Positions 1 to 12,402 are shown, numbered from the whole stretch's first letter. The stretch is 63,163 nucleotides of DNA, filler included, from Octopus bimaculoides (GCF_001194135.2; 5 parts of 4 records of this genome joined end to end with filler, not necessarily neighbours in it), one strand, 5' to 3'. The notes: generated from the sequence alone by a model not told the origin. Numbers and translations: made by a program.

Positions 1-14
1 CTATATATATATAT

Positions 15-56
<42 letters not shown>

Positions 57-132
57 GGATGGATGGATGGATGGATGGATGGATGGATGGATGGATGGAT
101 GGACGGATGGATGGATAGATGGGGATGGATGG

Positions 133-166
<34 letters not shown>

Positions 167-242
167 CAATCGATGGATCGATCGATGGCTGGATCGATCA
201 ATAGATAGACAGACAGACAGACAGACAGACTGACTGACTGAC

Positions 243-276
<34 letters not shown>

Positions 277-290
277 GAAGAAAGGGAGAA
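1..290. repeat. Compound tetranucleotide microsatellite (TAGA/TGGA/CAGA/GAAA)
   Basis: Directly visible tandem runs. The window has dozens more (TA, CA, TACA, TAA, TAG, TCA), many bordering N-gaps. Confidence 0.95.
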
Positions 291-362
291 AGCTAACAAG
301 AAAGAGAAACAGGTGTGATGCTGTAGAGGAGAAACATGGTTAGCCAGCCAGAGAGAAGAGCT

Positions 363-400
<38 letters not shown>

Positions 401-869
401 AGACAGCAAGAGTGCAAGAGAGAGCAGGAGAGAGATGGTGGCGAAGTGCCAGGGTATACTCACAAGGTACGGGGATCAGAGAGCATAGATGGGATGGTAG
501 AATAAGGAAGAGAGAAATAAATAGTGGTAGATGCCAGGCCATACCCCCAAGGTATGAAGGACATAATATATTTGGTAGGGTATTGCCAAAAAGTTGCAAG
601 AAGGGAATAGGGGTGGGGAATTCTGTGTCTGGTTAAAACCTGAGTATATAGAGAGGTGAGGAAAGCAACAATACAGTGAGCAGGGTAGTGAGGACAGGAT
701 TGGGGAGAGAGACATAAACATAGTGTATGAAGAGGAAATGTGAGGAAGAGAAGAGATGCAGTTTGGATTTGGGAGAGAAGATGTAATTTGGTTTGTTGGG
801 GTAGGGTGTGAAAATTTTATTCTTGTGTTTGAGTGAAGCACAACACTTCTAGAACTCAGTTTCACTGAT

Positions 870-1205
870 GTGGGTGAGTCTTCTCTCGAACTTCATATCG
901 CCAGACATCTTGGTCCATTGTCATTTCCTCCGTGAGCCCGAACATCTTGAGGTCAGTCCTCACCACTTCATCTCATCTCTTCCTGGGTCTCCCTCTTTCA
1001 CAGGTACCATCCGCTTTCAGTGACTGGCACTTCTTTATACAGGAGTCTTCGTTCATACACATCACATGTCCAAACCAACATAGTCTCCTCTCTTGCACAG
1101 CTGCTCTTATGCCCAACTTTTTTCTCGACACATTTGCACTTTGTCATTCATGCACATTGATGCTGCATGTCCAGCAGAATATACTGCTTTCATTCCTTTC
1201 TAGTC
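870..1205 (-). mobile_element. RTE-clade LINE, 3' end of ORF (degenerate)
   Basis: Frameshifted minus-strand translation ...QERRLCWFGHVMCMNEDSCIKKCQSLKADGTCERGRPRKR*DEVVRTDLKMFGLTEEMTMDQDVWRYEVREK, typical of the RTE C-terminus (RLxWxGHV, RGRPRK). The stretch 300-870 may be its 3' UTR. Confidence 0.85.
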
Positions 1206-1279
1206 TACATATGTCATATGCGAATATGAAAATAACACTATATTTATTGGTACTCTAGTTATATGCATATATAAAAATT

Positions 1280-1359
<80 letters not shown>

Positions 1360-2202
1360 NNNNNNNNNNNNNNNNNNNNNNNNNNNNNNNNNNNNNNNNN
1401 NNNNNNNNNNNNNNNNNNNNNNNNNNNNNNNNNNNNNNNNNNNNNNNNNNNNNNNNNNNNNNNNNNNNNNNNNNNNNNNNNNNNNNNNNNNNNNNNNNNN
1501 NNNNNNNNNNNNNNNNNNNNNNNNNNNNNNNNNNNNNNNNNNNNNNNNNNNNNNNNNNNNNNNNNNNNNNNNNNNNNNNNNNNNNNNNNNNNNNNNNNNN
1601 NNNNNNNNNNNNNNNNNNNNNNNNNNNNNNNNNNNNNNNNNNNNNNNNNNNNNNNNNNNNNNNNNNNNNNNNNNNNNNNNNNNNNNNNNNNNNNNNNNNN
1701 NNNNNNNNNNNNNNNNNNNNNNNNNNNNNNNNNNNNNNNNNNNNNNNNNNNNNNNNNNNNNNNNNNNNNNNNNNNNNNNNNNNNNNNNNNNNNNNNNNNN
1801 NNNNNNNNNNNNNNNNNNNNNNNNNNNNNNNNNNNNNNNNNNNNNNNNNNNNNNNNNNNNNNNNNNNNNNNNNNNNNNNNNNNNNNNNNNNNNNNNNNNN
1901 NNNNNNNNNNNNNNNNNNNNNNNNNNNNNNNNNNNNNNNNNNNNNNNNNNNNNNNNNNNNNNNNNNNNNNNNAAAAGTGAGCAACAAGAGGTAGAGAGAG
2001 AGAGAGTGAGAGATAGTAGTAGTAACGGTGAGAGGCGAAGGACGAGTAACAAGGGATAGAGAGAGAGAGAGAAGTAGTGACAGGTAGAGGTGAAGAACAG
2101 TAGAGGGAAGAATGAGAGGGGGAGATAGAAATAGAGAGAGTCGCGTTAGAAAAATAGTTAAAACTTACTGTATAAAGGTAACGCGTGCGTTCTGTCATGA
2201 TA

Positions 2203-2292
2203 CAAACAATATATGAGTATATGCATATATATGTACATGTATGTATATACGTTCATCTACATGTACATATAGATACATAACTGGGTACATGA
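2203..2292 (-). mobile_element. Terminal fragment of repeat family P3 (putative Penelope-type pLTR)
   Basis: Essentially the exact reverse complement of ~21549-21638. Confidence 0.7.
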
Positions 2293-2337
2293 CGTGGCAA
2301 AATTTATATATATATATATACACACACACACATATAT

Positions 2338-2560
2338 ATCATCATCATTATCATTTAATGCCCATTTTTCCATACTTGCATATGGAGCAGATGGAGGTCA
2401 TTGAAGTAGATTTTCAATTGCCAGATACCTTTCCTGTCACCAACCCTCACCTATTTCTAAGTAAGGTAATGTTTCCCCATAAAGAACATGTACATGACAG
2501 TGACTATCATATATAGCTATCATGCAATATCAAGACAAGGAGAACCAAACTAACACACAC
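2338..2560 (-). mobile_element. SINE-C (RTE-related non-autonomous retroposon)
   Basis: (ATC)n tail followed by tttaatgcccatttttccatacttgcat... and ...gacaaggagaacc; homologous to 3465-3715. Confidence 0.6.
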
Positions 2561-2689
2561 TCACACACATATACACATACATACATGCATACATACAAAT
2601 ATTTATATACATACATACATAGAGACATAATGTAGTGGCTATCCTATCTGTCTACCTATATATATATAGGTTTCTTTATATATATATAT

Positions 2690-2820
2690 TGGTTTCTTTC
2701 AATTTCCATCTGCTAAAGTCCACTAACAAGGTTTGCCCAATGTGCCATGAGTGAAATTGTACCTAAAACCATGTGTTTGGTAAACAAACTTCTTAACTAC
2801 ACTGCCATGCCTGTCCCAAT
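2690..2820 (-). mobile_element. SINE-A head fragment (degenerate)
   Basis: Matches the tttc..ccatctgctaaagtccac..acaagg..ttgccca..aaccatgtg pattern of the intact copy at 16780-16939. Confidence 0.6.
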
Positions 2821-3464
2821 TCACTATGTGTAAAAATCCATGTCACTGCCCAAAACACTATTTCTAAGATAGCATGTTAGCACTAAATTCTATATTATTG
2901 CAATTTGTTAGATTGTATGGTCATGCAAATGTATACACACACAGACACACTCAAACACACACACACACTTTCATAACGGATTTCTGGTAGTTTCTATTTC
3001 CCAAATCCACTGAGAAAGGCTACTGTAGAAGACCTCATATCAAAAGTGCTGTTCAGTGGGTCTGAACGTCAAACAACATTGTCATAGAACAAACTTTGTA
3101 CTACACTAATATATCAATAAATGCTAAATTATTTGATATTGTTATTTTCAAGTTTTTGAGGTTGAACTGGCTGAATAAACAGACACTTCTTATTTTTTGT
3201 AAAGATTGTAGGGGATGTTGCTGAAATGTATTCTATAACAGAACTTACAAGTGAAATGACTAATAACAAACTCTCCTGATAGCTGACCTACTGACGTGTT
3301 TAATGGAAACAAGGTATGTAAAGAAATAGTAACATCAGCTCTCAAGACAGTAAGAAGAGATAATTAAAAGACTGAAATGATTGATATGTTTTTGTTTGGT
3401 ACACCTATCTAACCCATATCATTAATGAAAAACCAAAAGTAAAATAAATGGACCTCAGTTGATT

Positions 3465-3715
3465 GTGACTATCAGTATTCACCATCATTGTCATTTTAAC
3501 GTCCACTTTTCCATGCTTGCATGGGTCAGGCACAGTGCATTGAGGCAGATTTTTCTATATCTGGATGTCCTTCTTGTCACTAGTGCTCACTTGTTTCCAA
3601 GCAAGATAATATTTACCATGGCCAGACATGTCTATGCAGAATAATGAAAACAAATGATGCTGTTTGTATGGCAGTGACTTACACAATCACACAATGTCAA
3701 GACAAGAAGACACAA
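3465..3715 (-). mobile_element. SINE-C
   Basis: cattttaacgtccacttttccatgcttgcatggg ... ctggatgtcctt ... gtcaagacaagaagacac; homologous to 2338-2560. Confidence 0.65.
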
Positions 3716-3859
3716 ACATACACATACTCACACACATACACATGTAACTGTGCATGTGTGTGTATATATATATATATATATACATATATTCTCATCCAAG
3801 ATGGCTGAGAATACATACACACACATATTATGAATACATATATGTTTATGTGTGTGTGT

Positions 3860-4185
3860 GTATCATCATCATTATCATCATCGTTTAACATCCGTTTCCA
3901 TGCTAGCATGGGTTGAGCGCTTTGACTGAGGTCTGGAGAGCCAGTGATTGCACCAGGCTCCCCTTTGATCTGGCAATGTCACTACAGCTGGATGCCCTTC
4001 CTAACGCCAACCACTCCGAGAGTGTCATGGGTGCTTTTCACATGCCAGCAGCACAGGAGCCAGTCAGGCAGGCCTGGCATCAATCATGTTCAGATAGTGT
4101 TTATATGTGCCACCGGTGCAGGAGCCAGTCAGGGGACACTAGCATCAGACATGTTCGGATGGTGCTTTTTACATGCCACTGGCTT
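3860..4185 (-). mobile_element. SINE-C-related element with internal ~58-bp repeats
   Basis: (ATC)n tail, the ggatgcccttcctaacgccaacc motif, and three imperfect ggtgcttt..catgcca..ggagccagtcagg units. Confidence 0.7.
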
Positions 4186-4189
4186 CCAA

Positions 4190-4320
4190 ATATACTCAGA
4201 AGGCTTTAGGTAGCGCAGGGCTATAGCTGAAGTTATTTTGCCCTAGGTACCCTGCAGTGAGTCTGAGCCCAAAACCAAATCATGTGGTAGGAAGGCAAAA
4301 TTTTTAACCACACAGCCAAG
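4190..4320 (-). mobile_element. SINE-A head fragment
   Basis: ttgccctaggtaccctgcagtgagtctgagccc...ttaaccacacagcc matches the SINE-A head. Confidence 0.6.
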
Positions 4321-5746
4321 CTTTGTTTAATCAACTGAACCAATTACATACTGCTTTATACCACAAGTGGCTGAGTATTCCACAGATACTTCTAGTTTTA
4401 ATGTAGGTTTTAGATTCAATATGCGACACATTCAGACCTTTAAATTACAGGTACAATTCATTCAACAGGCTTCCAAGCAGATTCCGCTTTCCCAGTTATA
4501 TCTACCCTGTTATGTCTACTCAGTTATGTCTGCCGAGCTTTGTTCAGAAAGCTTGAGCTTACATGGGACTATGGTAAAAGACACTTGCCATAGGTGTTGT
4601 GCGGTGGGATTGAACTCAAATCCCTATGCCAACAATTTTTTTCAGGGATACCACAAGATTATGTACAAAAATAAAACTGACAAAACAAATCATATAACAT
4701 ACCATTTGGTATTCAGATAAAAAAAACAGACATGAAAGTATAACTTAATCAAATTATTTTCTTGAATTTTTTTTAACAATTTGTATTGATTTTTATTAAA
4801 AATTTTAAAAATCAATATGTATATATATAATATAAGCAAAAACTAGATGTGAAATCAATTTGGATATGAAGCTATCAACAATTNNNNNNNNNNNNNNNNN
4901 NNNNNNNNNNNNNNNNNNNNNNNNNNNNNNNNNNNNNNNNNNNNNNNNNNNNNNNNNNNNNNNNNNNNNNNNNGTATGTGTATGTATGTCTGCATGTATT
5001 TGTGTGTATATGTGCATGCATGTATGTATTTATGTGCATACGTGTGTACATCTGCATGCACAGACATGTGTGTAAGTATGTGTATATGTATGTATATGTG
5101 AATGTATGTATGTGTTTATATGTGTGTGTGCATGTATATATGTATTTATGTGTTTATGTGAGTACATGTGCATGTACAGAGTTGTGTGTATGTATGCATG
5201 CATGTATGTATGCATGCATGTATGTATGTACGTACATAAGTATGTATGTATATATGAGTAATTTTTTAATCAAAAGAAGATAAGCAAAAACTAGATGTGA
5301 AATCAATTTGGATATGAAGCTATCAACAATTTATGGAAACTATCTAGCAAGATGAAAAACAATTAAAAAGAAACAGAATGATAGACAATATACATAAAAT
5401 GGCATAAATGTTATCTCAATACAGTACTTTTTTTCTTAATTTTACAAATTCTGTTTAATATAAAATTTAAATTATAGTCTTAAAAAAAATTCTTCCCTTC
5501 TATACCATTTACTGTATGGTAGAAGGCTTCAGCTTTTGTTTCAGAATATCAGAAATTCATTTTTTTTAAAATAAAATTCTGTCAATAAACTGTATTTATA
5601 TATATTTTCCCTATTTTGATAAGGTTTAGTTCAGATTTTTTGAGATTTTCTTTTAGTTTTATCTGCTTACATTTTCTTTACACTGCAACATAATAATATA
5701 TGAAAAAATTTACACTTTCAAGACACCCATATTATATACATACTTA

Positions 5747-5801
<55 letters not shown>

Positions 5802-5837
5802 GTAAACACATACATATATACATACGTGTATGTTTAT

Positions 5838-5871
<34 letters not shown>

Positions 5872-6309
5872 GTCTGAATTTATGATATGTATGTATGTGT
5901 CTTGAAAGAATAAAGTGATTTTGGTCTGAAGCAAATTATTAATGCATTATGTAAAGCAGTTTTCAAATTTAAATCATCTGGTGGGAATATATTGGAAAGA
6001 GAGGTTAAAAAAATAGAAAGCAGCAACACTTCATAGTAATTTTCTTTTTTTAGTAATAATTGAAAATATTTTAAATTTATGCTGGGTCTTTTTTGTGTTT
6101 TGTTTTTTTGTAAAGGGAACTTAGGCAAGTGAAATATAGGTGACATGAATTATAAAAGAAAAAAGAAAAATGAAACAATAAATTCTTCATGTTAGCTGAA
6201 GGTTTAAATAATTAGAAGTGAGTTTCAAATACTGCTGGAATTTTTTCAGTTATTTATTCTTAAGGGGGTCAATGAAATAAATAAAAGTAAATTATTAGGA
6301 TACAGAGTT

Positions 6310-8470
6310 CTGTGAAAGACCAGTAACTGATAATGATATATTGGAACCAATGGCTGGTTGCATGAGAGAGAAGATATTGGGGCTAGAGAGACTACCCTAT
6401 GACCTTTTTCTTCATATGCCTGACTTGTTCTGAAGCCATTTCATAGATGTCCACTGCAACTGTCAGCAGAATGGAAGAATTTTCAGTCCTGCAAAATGAT
6501 GTGTGGTGGAAGTACTGCGAAAGGACCAGAACAAGGGGGGTGATTTTCATAAATTCAGGCCTATAACTCTGTTAAATGCAGAAATGAATATTCTGTCCAA
6601 GGTGTTAGTCAAGAGATTAGCATTCATCATCAATACTCTGGTAGGTGAGGCACAAACATGCATCATCCCAAGTAAATCTATTTACAACCTCAATCTCATG
6701 GGATACACCAGAGGAAGGCTGGGTATAGAACATGGTATGAGCAAACCTCGACCAATTTAGATCAGACTAAAGTTTTCAATAGAGTTGACTCTCAATACTT
6801 GGCAGCAATTCTCATAGCAACTGATTTTGGTCCCATCTTCAAAGATTGGAGTACTATAATGCACAAAAACATCTGCTTGGTGATCAGAGCAAATGGCCAT
6901 CTGTTAGAACCCTTCGGTATCATGGGTTCAGTCCATCAAGGCTGCCCTCTTTCACCCCTTCTGTTTGTGCTGGTGCTGAAGCCACTACTGTGGAAGTTAG
7001 AGGTTTCAAGGGGAATTTTGCATGAACTAGGATGTGGGGGAAAGCTGTGTCAGCATATTCACATGACATCACTATCATAGTGCCATGCTCCAAACATGCT
7101 GAGGTGATTGGCACTGCTATAAGGAAGTACAAAATGGTGACAGAAGTAAATACTAACCTAGGGCGGTGAGCTGGCAGAAATATTAGCATGCCAGGCGAAA
7201 TGCTTAGCGGTATTTTGTCTGCCGTTACGTTCTGAGTTCAAATTCCGCTAAGGTCGTCTTTGCTTTTCATCCTCTCGGGGTCGATAAATTAAGTACCAGT
7301 TATGCACTGGAGTCGATGTAATCAACTTAATCACTTTGTTTGTCCCCTCTGTGTTTAGCCCCTTGTGGGCAATAAAGAAATAAGAAGTAAATATTAACCC
7401 AGGAAAAGCCAGTGGGCCTGAAGCTATGCACCTGATGAGACAGATCCATGCTATCCAACAGCAACTTGATGGATGCTGGATAGACAGACAGGTCAGGGTC
7501 TGGTTTGGTTGAACTGGAGTGATGGGATGAGCAGAGTGGCCTGTCTTGCCTAGAAATGAAACAAAAGGAAGCTATCTGAAGGGTGGGGCAAAAGAGGAAA
7601 ACACTAACATTGCATCCATTTCCTAATACCACCTGACTGTAATGCCTTACTGTGCTTCATGGCTGACCAGGTTGGAGTGCTTGCTCTTCCACTTTCTATA
7701 GAGGGGACAGGTTTTGCTGGCTACTTAGTTCATTTGCTGGCAACACCCAAAGTTTGGTGAGTTGGGTATTTTGTGGTTATTAATGTGCAGACATGCACTG
7801 AGGTTACAACATTCCCAGTGCTACCTGATGGTGAGTAAGTGTGCTTACCAGTTTCCAAGCTCACTTTTTCATAGCTCATTTCATTGGAAGAGTTGCAATC
7901 TTGGGTCAAACATTGACTGACACAGAGCACCTGGCATCTAGTGAGTCATCAGATACATACAGCCTTCTGCCAGTTGGGCAATGGATTTGGTGGAACCTCA
8001 ACCATGGCATTCTTTAGAGAATTAGTGGCAAGTAAGAATGATCATGCCTTGGGGAGATTCTGTGAGTCAACAAGAATCAACTGTCTAGTCTGTTTCAGAA
8101 GACTCAGAGCCAATGGATAATTTCCAGAATCCTTGGCTTGGCAATGCTACAGGAGGGTATTCCTGATTTGAGAGAAAATCTACCAGCATAGCAGTGCCAT
8201 CAGCTAGGCCCACCCAAGATGTATGCAGTGCAATGAAACCATTCTGCAAATGCTCGTAGAGTTCCCAAGCATTGCTGACTTGTGGAATGATGTCAAACAG
8301 CTGCTATCACATGCTAATGGATCTGGCTGACACCATCATAAAGATCACCATGCATCTTTTCTTAAGGAATATCTAGGAAGAGTAAGCAGTTTTCCTCAGT
8401 CTGGTGGCTATGACAAAAGAGGTAGTGTGATGAATGATACTGAAAAGACTAGGGAAGTTATCTCCCCTGT
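6310..8470 (+). mobile_element. Tx1/L1-like LINE relic: RT domain and C-terminal region, with stops and frameshifts
   Basis: FRPITLLNAEMNILSKVLVKRL, LDQTKVFNRVD, VHQGCPLSPLLFVL and a decayed YxDD (SAYSHDI); interrupted by SINE-B at 7163. Confidence 0.85.
7163..7382 (+). mobile_element. SINE-B, full length, with 21-bp target-site duplication
   Basis: Head gcggtgagctggcagaa, B-box gagttcaaattcc. TSD agaagtaaatactaacctagg (7142-7162) / agaagtaaatattaacccagg (7383-7403), 2 mismatches. Confidence 0.9.
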
Positions 8471-8669
8471 CAGTGAATATATATTGTGTGCTTCATACAG
8501 TATGAAGCGTTTTTAACTCTTATTTCTTGCAATATAGGAGCTTTGGCACCCTGTTAGTGTATATATATTGTGCACTTTATACAGCATTAAGAGTTTTGAA
8601 CTCTTATTGAATGCAATATAGGTGCTTTGGCACCCTGCCACAATTAGTGATGATAAAAGTTGTGTGTGT

Positions 8670-8800
<131 letters not shown>

Positions 8801-9146
8801 TATATATATATGTATGTGTATATATATATATATATACAATTAAGATCCAGTTGAATTAGGTACCTAAGTTGAAGCACCAATTTATTAGGGGCACAATGGG
8901 GGAACAATGGGAGGTGGTGGAGAGGAAGAAGACGAAGAAGAAGAAGGAGAAAGAGAAGGGAGAATGAGAAGGAATGTAGGTAGTATGATAGTAGTAGGGT
9001 GTTAAATGGTCAAGTGACCTAAAAGTGGCTCGTTATGGATTATAGCAGTGATTTGGGACTGTTTTTTAATGAACTCTTTGGAATCTCTTGAGTGTATCAT
9101 TTTTAATATTTGCGTGTCTGTATAAAATAATTGAAGAATACTGTCC

Positions 9147-9430
9147 TATATTTTTGAGATGAGGAATTCTGTACATTATTTACATTGGACAGATATGAGT
9201 CCTCATCTTGTTTGTTGTTATCATGTTTCAGCTGATTTACTCTCCAGCCTTCATCAGGTGTCCTGGTAAAATTCTGAACCCAACCCTGGGTTCTCATTCC
9301 GAAGGTATTTTTTTGCTGATGTTATTATTATCATTATTATTATTATTATTTATTCAAGGGACTACTTGGAATTGAACTCACAATCTTGGAGTTAGTAGCC
9401 CACACTCTTAACCATTACACTATATGCCCG
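9147..9430 (-). mobile_element. tRNA-headed SINE-like element with hammerhead-containing tail
   Basis: Minus strand reads: A-box tagtgtaatgg, B-box gagttcaattcc, short (TAA)n linker, then GACAC-CTGATGA-A-GGCTG..CAGCT-GAAAC. Confidence 0.75.
9216..9262 (-). ncRNA. Hammerhead ribozyme-like motif (type I), decayed on the 3' side
   Basis: CUGAUGA core, extra A, 5-bp stem II GGCUG/CAGCU, GAAAC. The cleavage triplet and 3' strand of stem I are not intact. Confidence 0.6.
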
Positions 9431-9667
9431 TAATTTTACACCCCTCACACACATATGTATATATATATATAAATATATATACATATATAGATAAATAAAT
9501 ANNNNNNNNNNNNNNNNNNNNNNNNNNNNNNNNNNNNNNNNNNNNTTAATTAATTAANNNNNNNNNNNNNNNNNNNNNNNNNNNNNNNNNNNNNNNNNNN
9601 NGAATACAAAATACAAAATGGCTGATAGTTAGCAAGGTGAGACACACATAAGAAAGAAGGAAACAAA

Positions 9668-9712
9668 GGACCACTGATGAGGTCACAGAAGTGTGACGAA
9701 AGAACTCTGGCC
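9668..9712 (+). ncRNA. Type I hammerhead ribozyme, catalytic core intact
   Basis: GG(A)CCA-CUGAUGA-G-GUCACA-GAAG-UGUGAC-GAAA-G-AA-C-UC^-UGGCC. Perfect 6-bp stem II, stem I pairs, minimal stem III, CUC triplet. Confidence 0.75.
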
Positions 9713-9847
9713 GAAATAAGATTAAGATTAAGATTAATGTAATATAAAGCTGAAAAAAAAAAGAAAAAAAAAAAAATTAACACCAAATATACAGTGCGTG
9801 TGTTTTTATTGGCTAAACTGGCAATATGACCATCCCCAAGTACAACA

Positions 9848-9893
<46 letters not shown>

Positions 9894-10350
9894 TATGTAT
9901 GCATATATGTATGAAAGTATGAATAAACTTAGCATAAATTAAAAGCTATATTTCTGGTTACTCTGGACCACGTTACTACCGGTGTCTCTACTATGATAAT
10001 ATAAAATAGTCGAATATTTTATTTTATTTTATTTTAGTTTAGTTTTCAGTTAAAATTTTCAGATTGTTAACAAAGTAATTAAAGCTGAGTTAATTAACAT
10101 TTTTATAATTAATTAATATTTTATTAATCGGTGTCTGTTGCTGACATAAAATATTTCCTATCGTCATGAAAATATCTGGAAGCTCTCTAGCCAATTCTGT
10201 CTCCCTCCCTCTCTCTTTATATATACATATATATTCACATATACAGAGAGAGGGAGAGAGAGAGAGAGATACACACACACACAGACACACACACACACAC
10301 AGACACACACACACACAGACACACACACACACAGACACACACACACACAG

Positions 10351-10385
<35 letters not shown>

Positions 10386-10726
10386 CACACACTCACACAG
10401 ACACACACCCAAACACACGCACATTCTCTCTCAAGTTTTCTCATAAATATAGTTATATTTTTATAACATATTTTTGTAAAATATTCGACATTTCTTAACA
10501 CTTAATTCCATCTTGATGGAATTTCTTCCTCGCCTTCTAAATATGTGCATATGTATGTATGTATGTATGTGTGTGTGTGTGTATGTATATATGTGTGTAT
10601 GTATGTATGTGTATGTACGTATGTATGTATGCATGTATGTATGTATGTATGTATGTACGTGTGTATGTATGTATGCATGTATATTTACATGTATATGCGT
10701 GTGTGTATATGGAATTGTGTTACATA

Positions 10727-10828
<102 letters not shown>

Positions 10829-10830
10829 AT

Positions 10831-11890
10831 CTAGGCGCGGGCATGGTTATGTGTAAGAAGTTTGCTTCCCAAGCACATAGTTTCGGGTTCAGTTCTACTA
10901 CGTAGTTTCTTTAAGAAGTGCCTTGAGCTATAGAAATGTGCTGGCCAAACATTTGTGAGAGGAGCTGGTAGGCGGAAACAAAAATAAGCTTGTCGTATAT
11001 ATAACGTTTGTTGAAAATATAAATCCAGAGAAGAGGCACACTCTAAGATGTAGAGCAGTACATACATATATATATATTTAGAGGTTTTAAGGCTTGACGA
11101 TACGGCATAAAGTTAAAGCCTTCATGGGCGGAAACCCAGAGTAATCCCATAAACCGGCCTTCCCCAGTAAAATATGCGCATGCGCGCGCGTTTTGTGTAT
11201 GTGTTGTGTGCGTGTGCCTGTGTGTGTGTGCGTGCGCGCACGCATGCGTATATCTGGATTTGTCTTTGTTCCCCACAATCATTTGATAATTTGTTTAGGT
11301 TATCTACATACCCGTAACTTAGCCGTTCGTTAAAGAAGTGTCCGAAAGAATAAGTGCTAGGCTTTAAAAATATGTACTGGGGTCGATGTATTTGACCCAA
11401 ATATGTCAAAGTGTTACCCAGCGCAAAATAAGCACGCGTTTAGAGCATGAAGGGTATGGGGGGGGCATCAATGAAATGGGGGCGGCATGAAGGGAATGGT
11501 AAATGGTTTACGGCACAAAAGAAATCACTTTAAACATGCTAAAATGATATTCGAAGTGGCTTATGTGATTCGTAGTGTTCATGGTGTTATAGTGAGAGTT
11601 TGATCAAAAACTTTGCAATTAAAAAAAAGAGAGGAGAAAAGATTTTCGAATATAAATAAAGTAGAATTATACAAAAATGAACGCTGTTTTCTATCTTGTT
11701 GTTAGCTTTGTTTCATTTTTTAAAATAAAAATTTATTTTATGATTTATTATTATTTATATTTTGAATTGCATATATATGGAGGTGGGGCACCAAAATCTT
11801 TTTAGAGCTCAAGGCCTCTGTGGATCTTAATCCAACCCTGGCGTTACCCCCCACCTCACCCCCGGCATGGCTGCAGTCCAATAACTGGAC
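10831..11890 (+). mobile_element. SINE-A split into head (10831-11000), tail (11255-11425) and terminus (11860-11890) by later insertions
   Basis: The three segments match consecutive parts of the 16505-16939 copy in order. Confidence 0.6.
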
Positions 11891-11917
11891 TATTCTGAGA
11901 GAGAAGATAAGAAAAAA

Positions 11918-11953
<36 letters not shown>

Positions 11954-12315
11954 ATCTGTACGTATGTAAATACATTTGTATATGAGCGCGTGCGTATAAG
12001 CACACACGTATTTTTCTGTTTTACTTTTCCTTCTACCTTCTGTCTTCATGTGAATCTTTCTATCTATTTCTCTTCATCACAATTACTCTCCCTCCTACAT
12101 CCCCTCCCCCTTCGCCTTCCGTTTATTTATCAACTCGTTTCTTTCCACATCATGTCTTTCGTAGTTGTTCCAATCTTTGATATTCTCTACTCTTTCTCTC
12201 ATTCATCACTCTCACTCTCTCTCTCTCTTATTCACACATGTCCTTTCTGTTATCAACCCGTTCGCTATCTAGCATAGTCGTATACATCTATCAAGTTATT
12301 TATATCTGTCTTTCT

Positions 12316-12402
<87 letters not shown>

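Noticed and set aside
1200-2198. Long ORFs rich in X, YI, CV, HT or poly-residue runs throughout the ORF track
   Set aside because: They are translations of N-gaps and microsatellites, not genes.
3282-3312. Plus-strand AAG|GTATGT donor with a possible 31-nt exon
   Set aside because: The acceptor is weak and nothing else supports it.
4833-5332. Exact ~50-bp direct repeat (4833-4883 and 5282-5332)
   Set aside because: The first copy ends exactly at an N-gap, so this is most likely unmerged contig overlap.
9360-9430. tRNA gene
   Set aside because: The cloverleaf is imperfect and continues into a repeat tail, so it is treated as a SINE head.
9546-9557. TTAATTAATTAA inside N-runs (also 41409-41420, 47569-47580, 57287-57298)
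   Set aside because: It is always centred as 44 N + 12 nt + 44 N = 100 bp and has stops in all frames, so it is a scaffolding spacer rather than biology.
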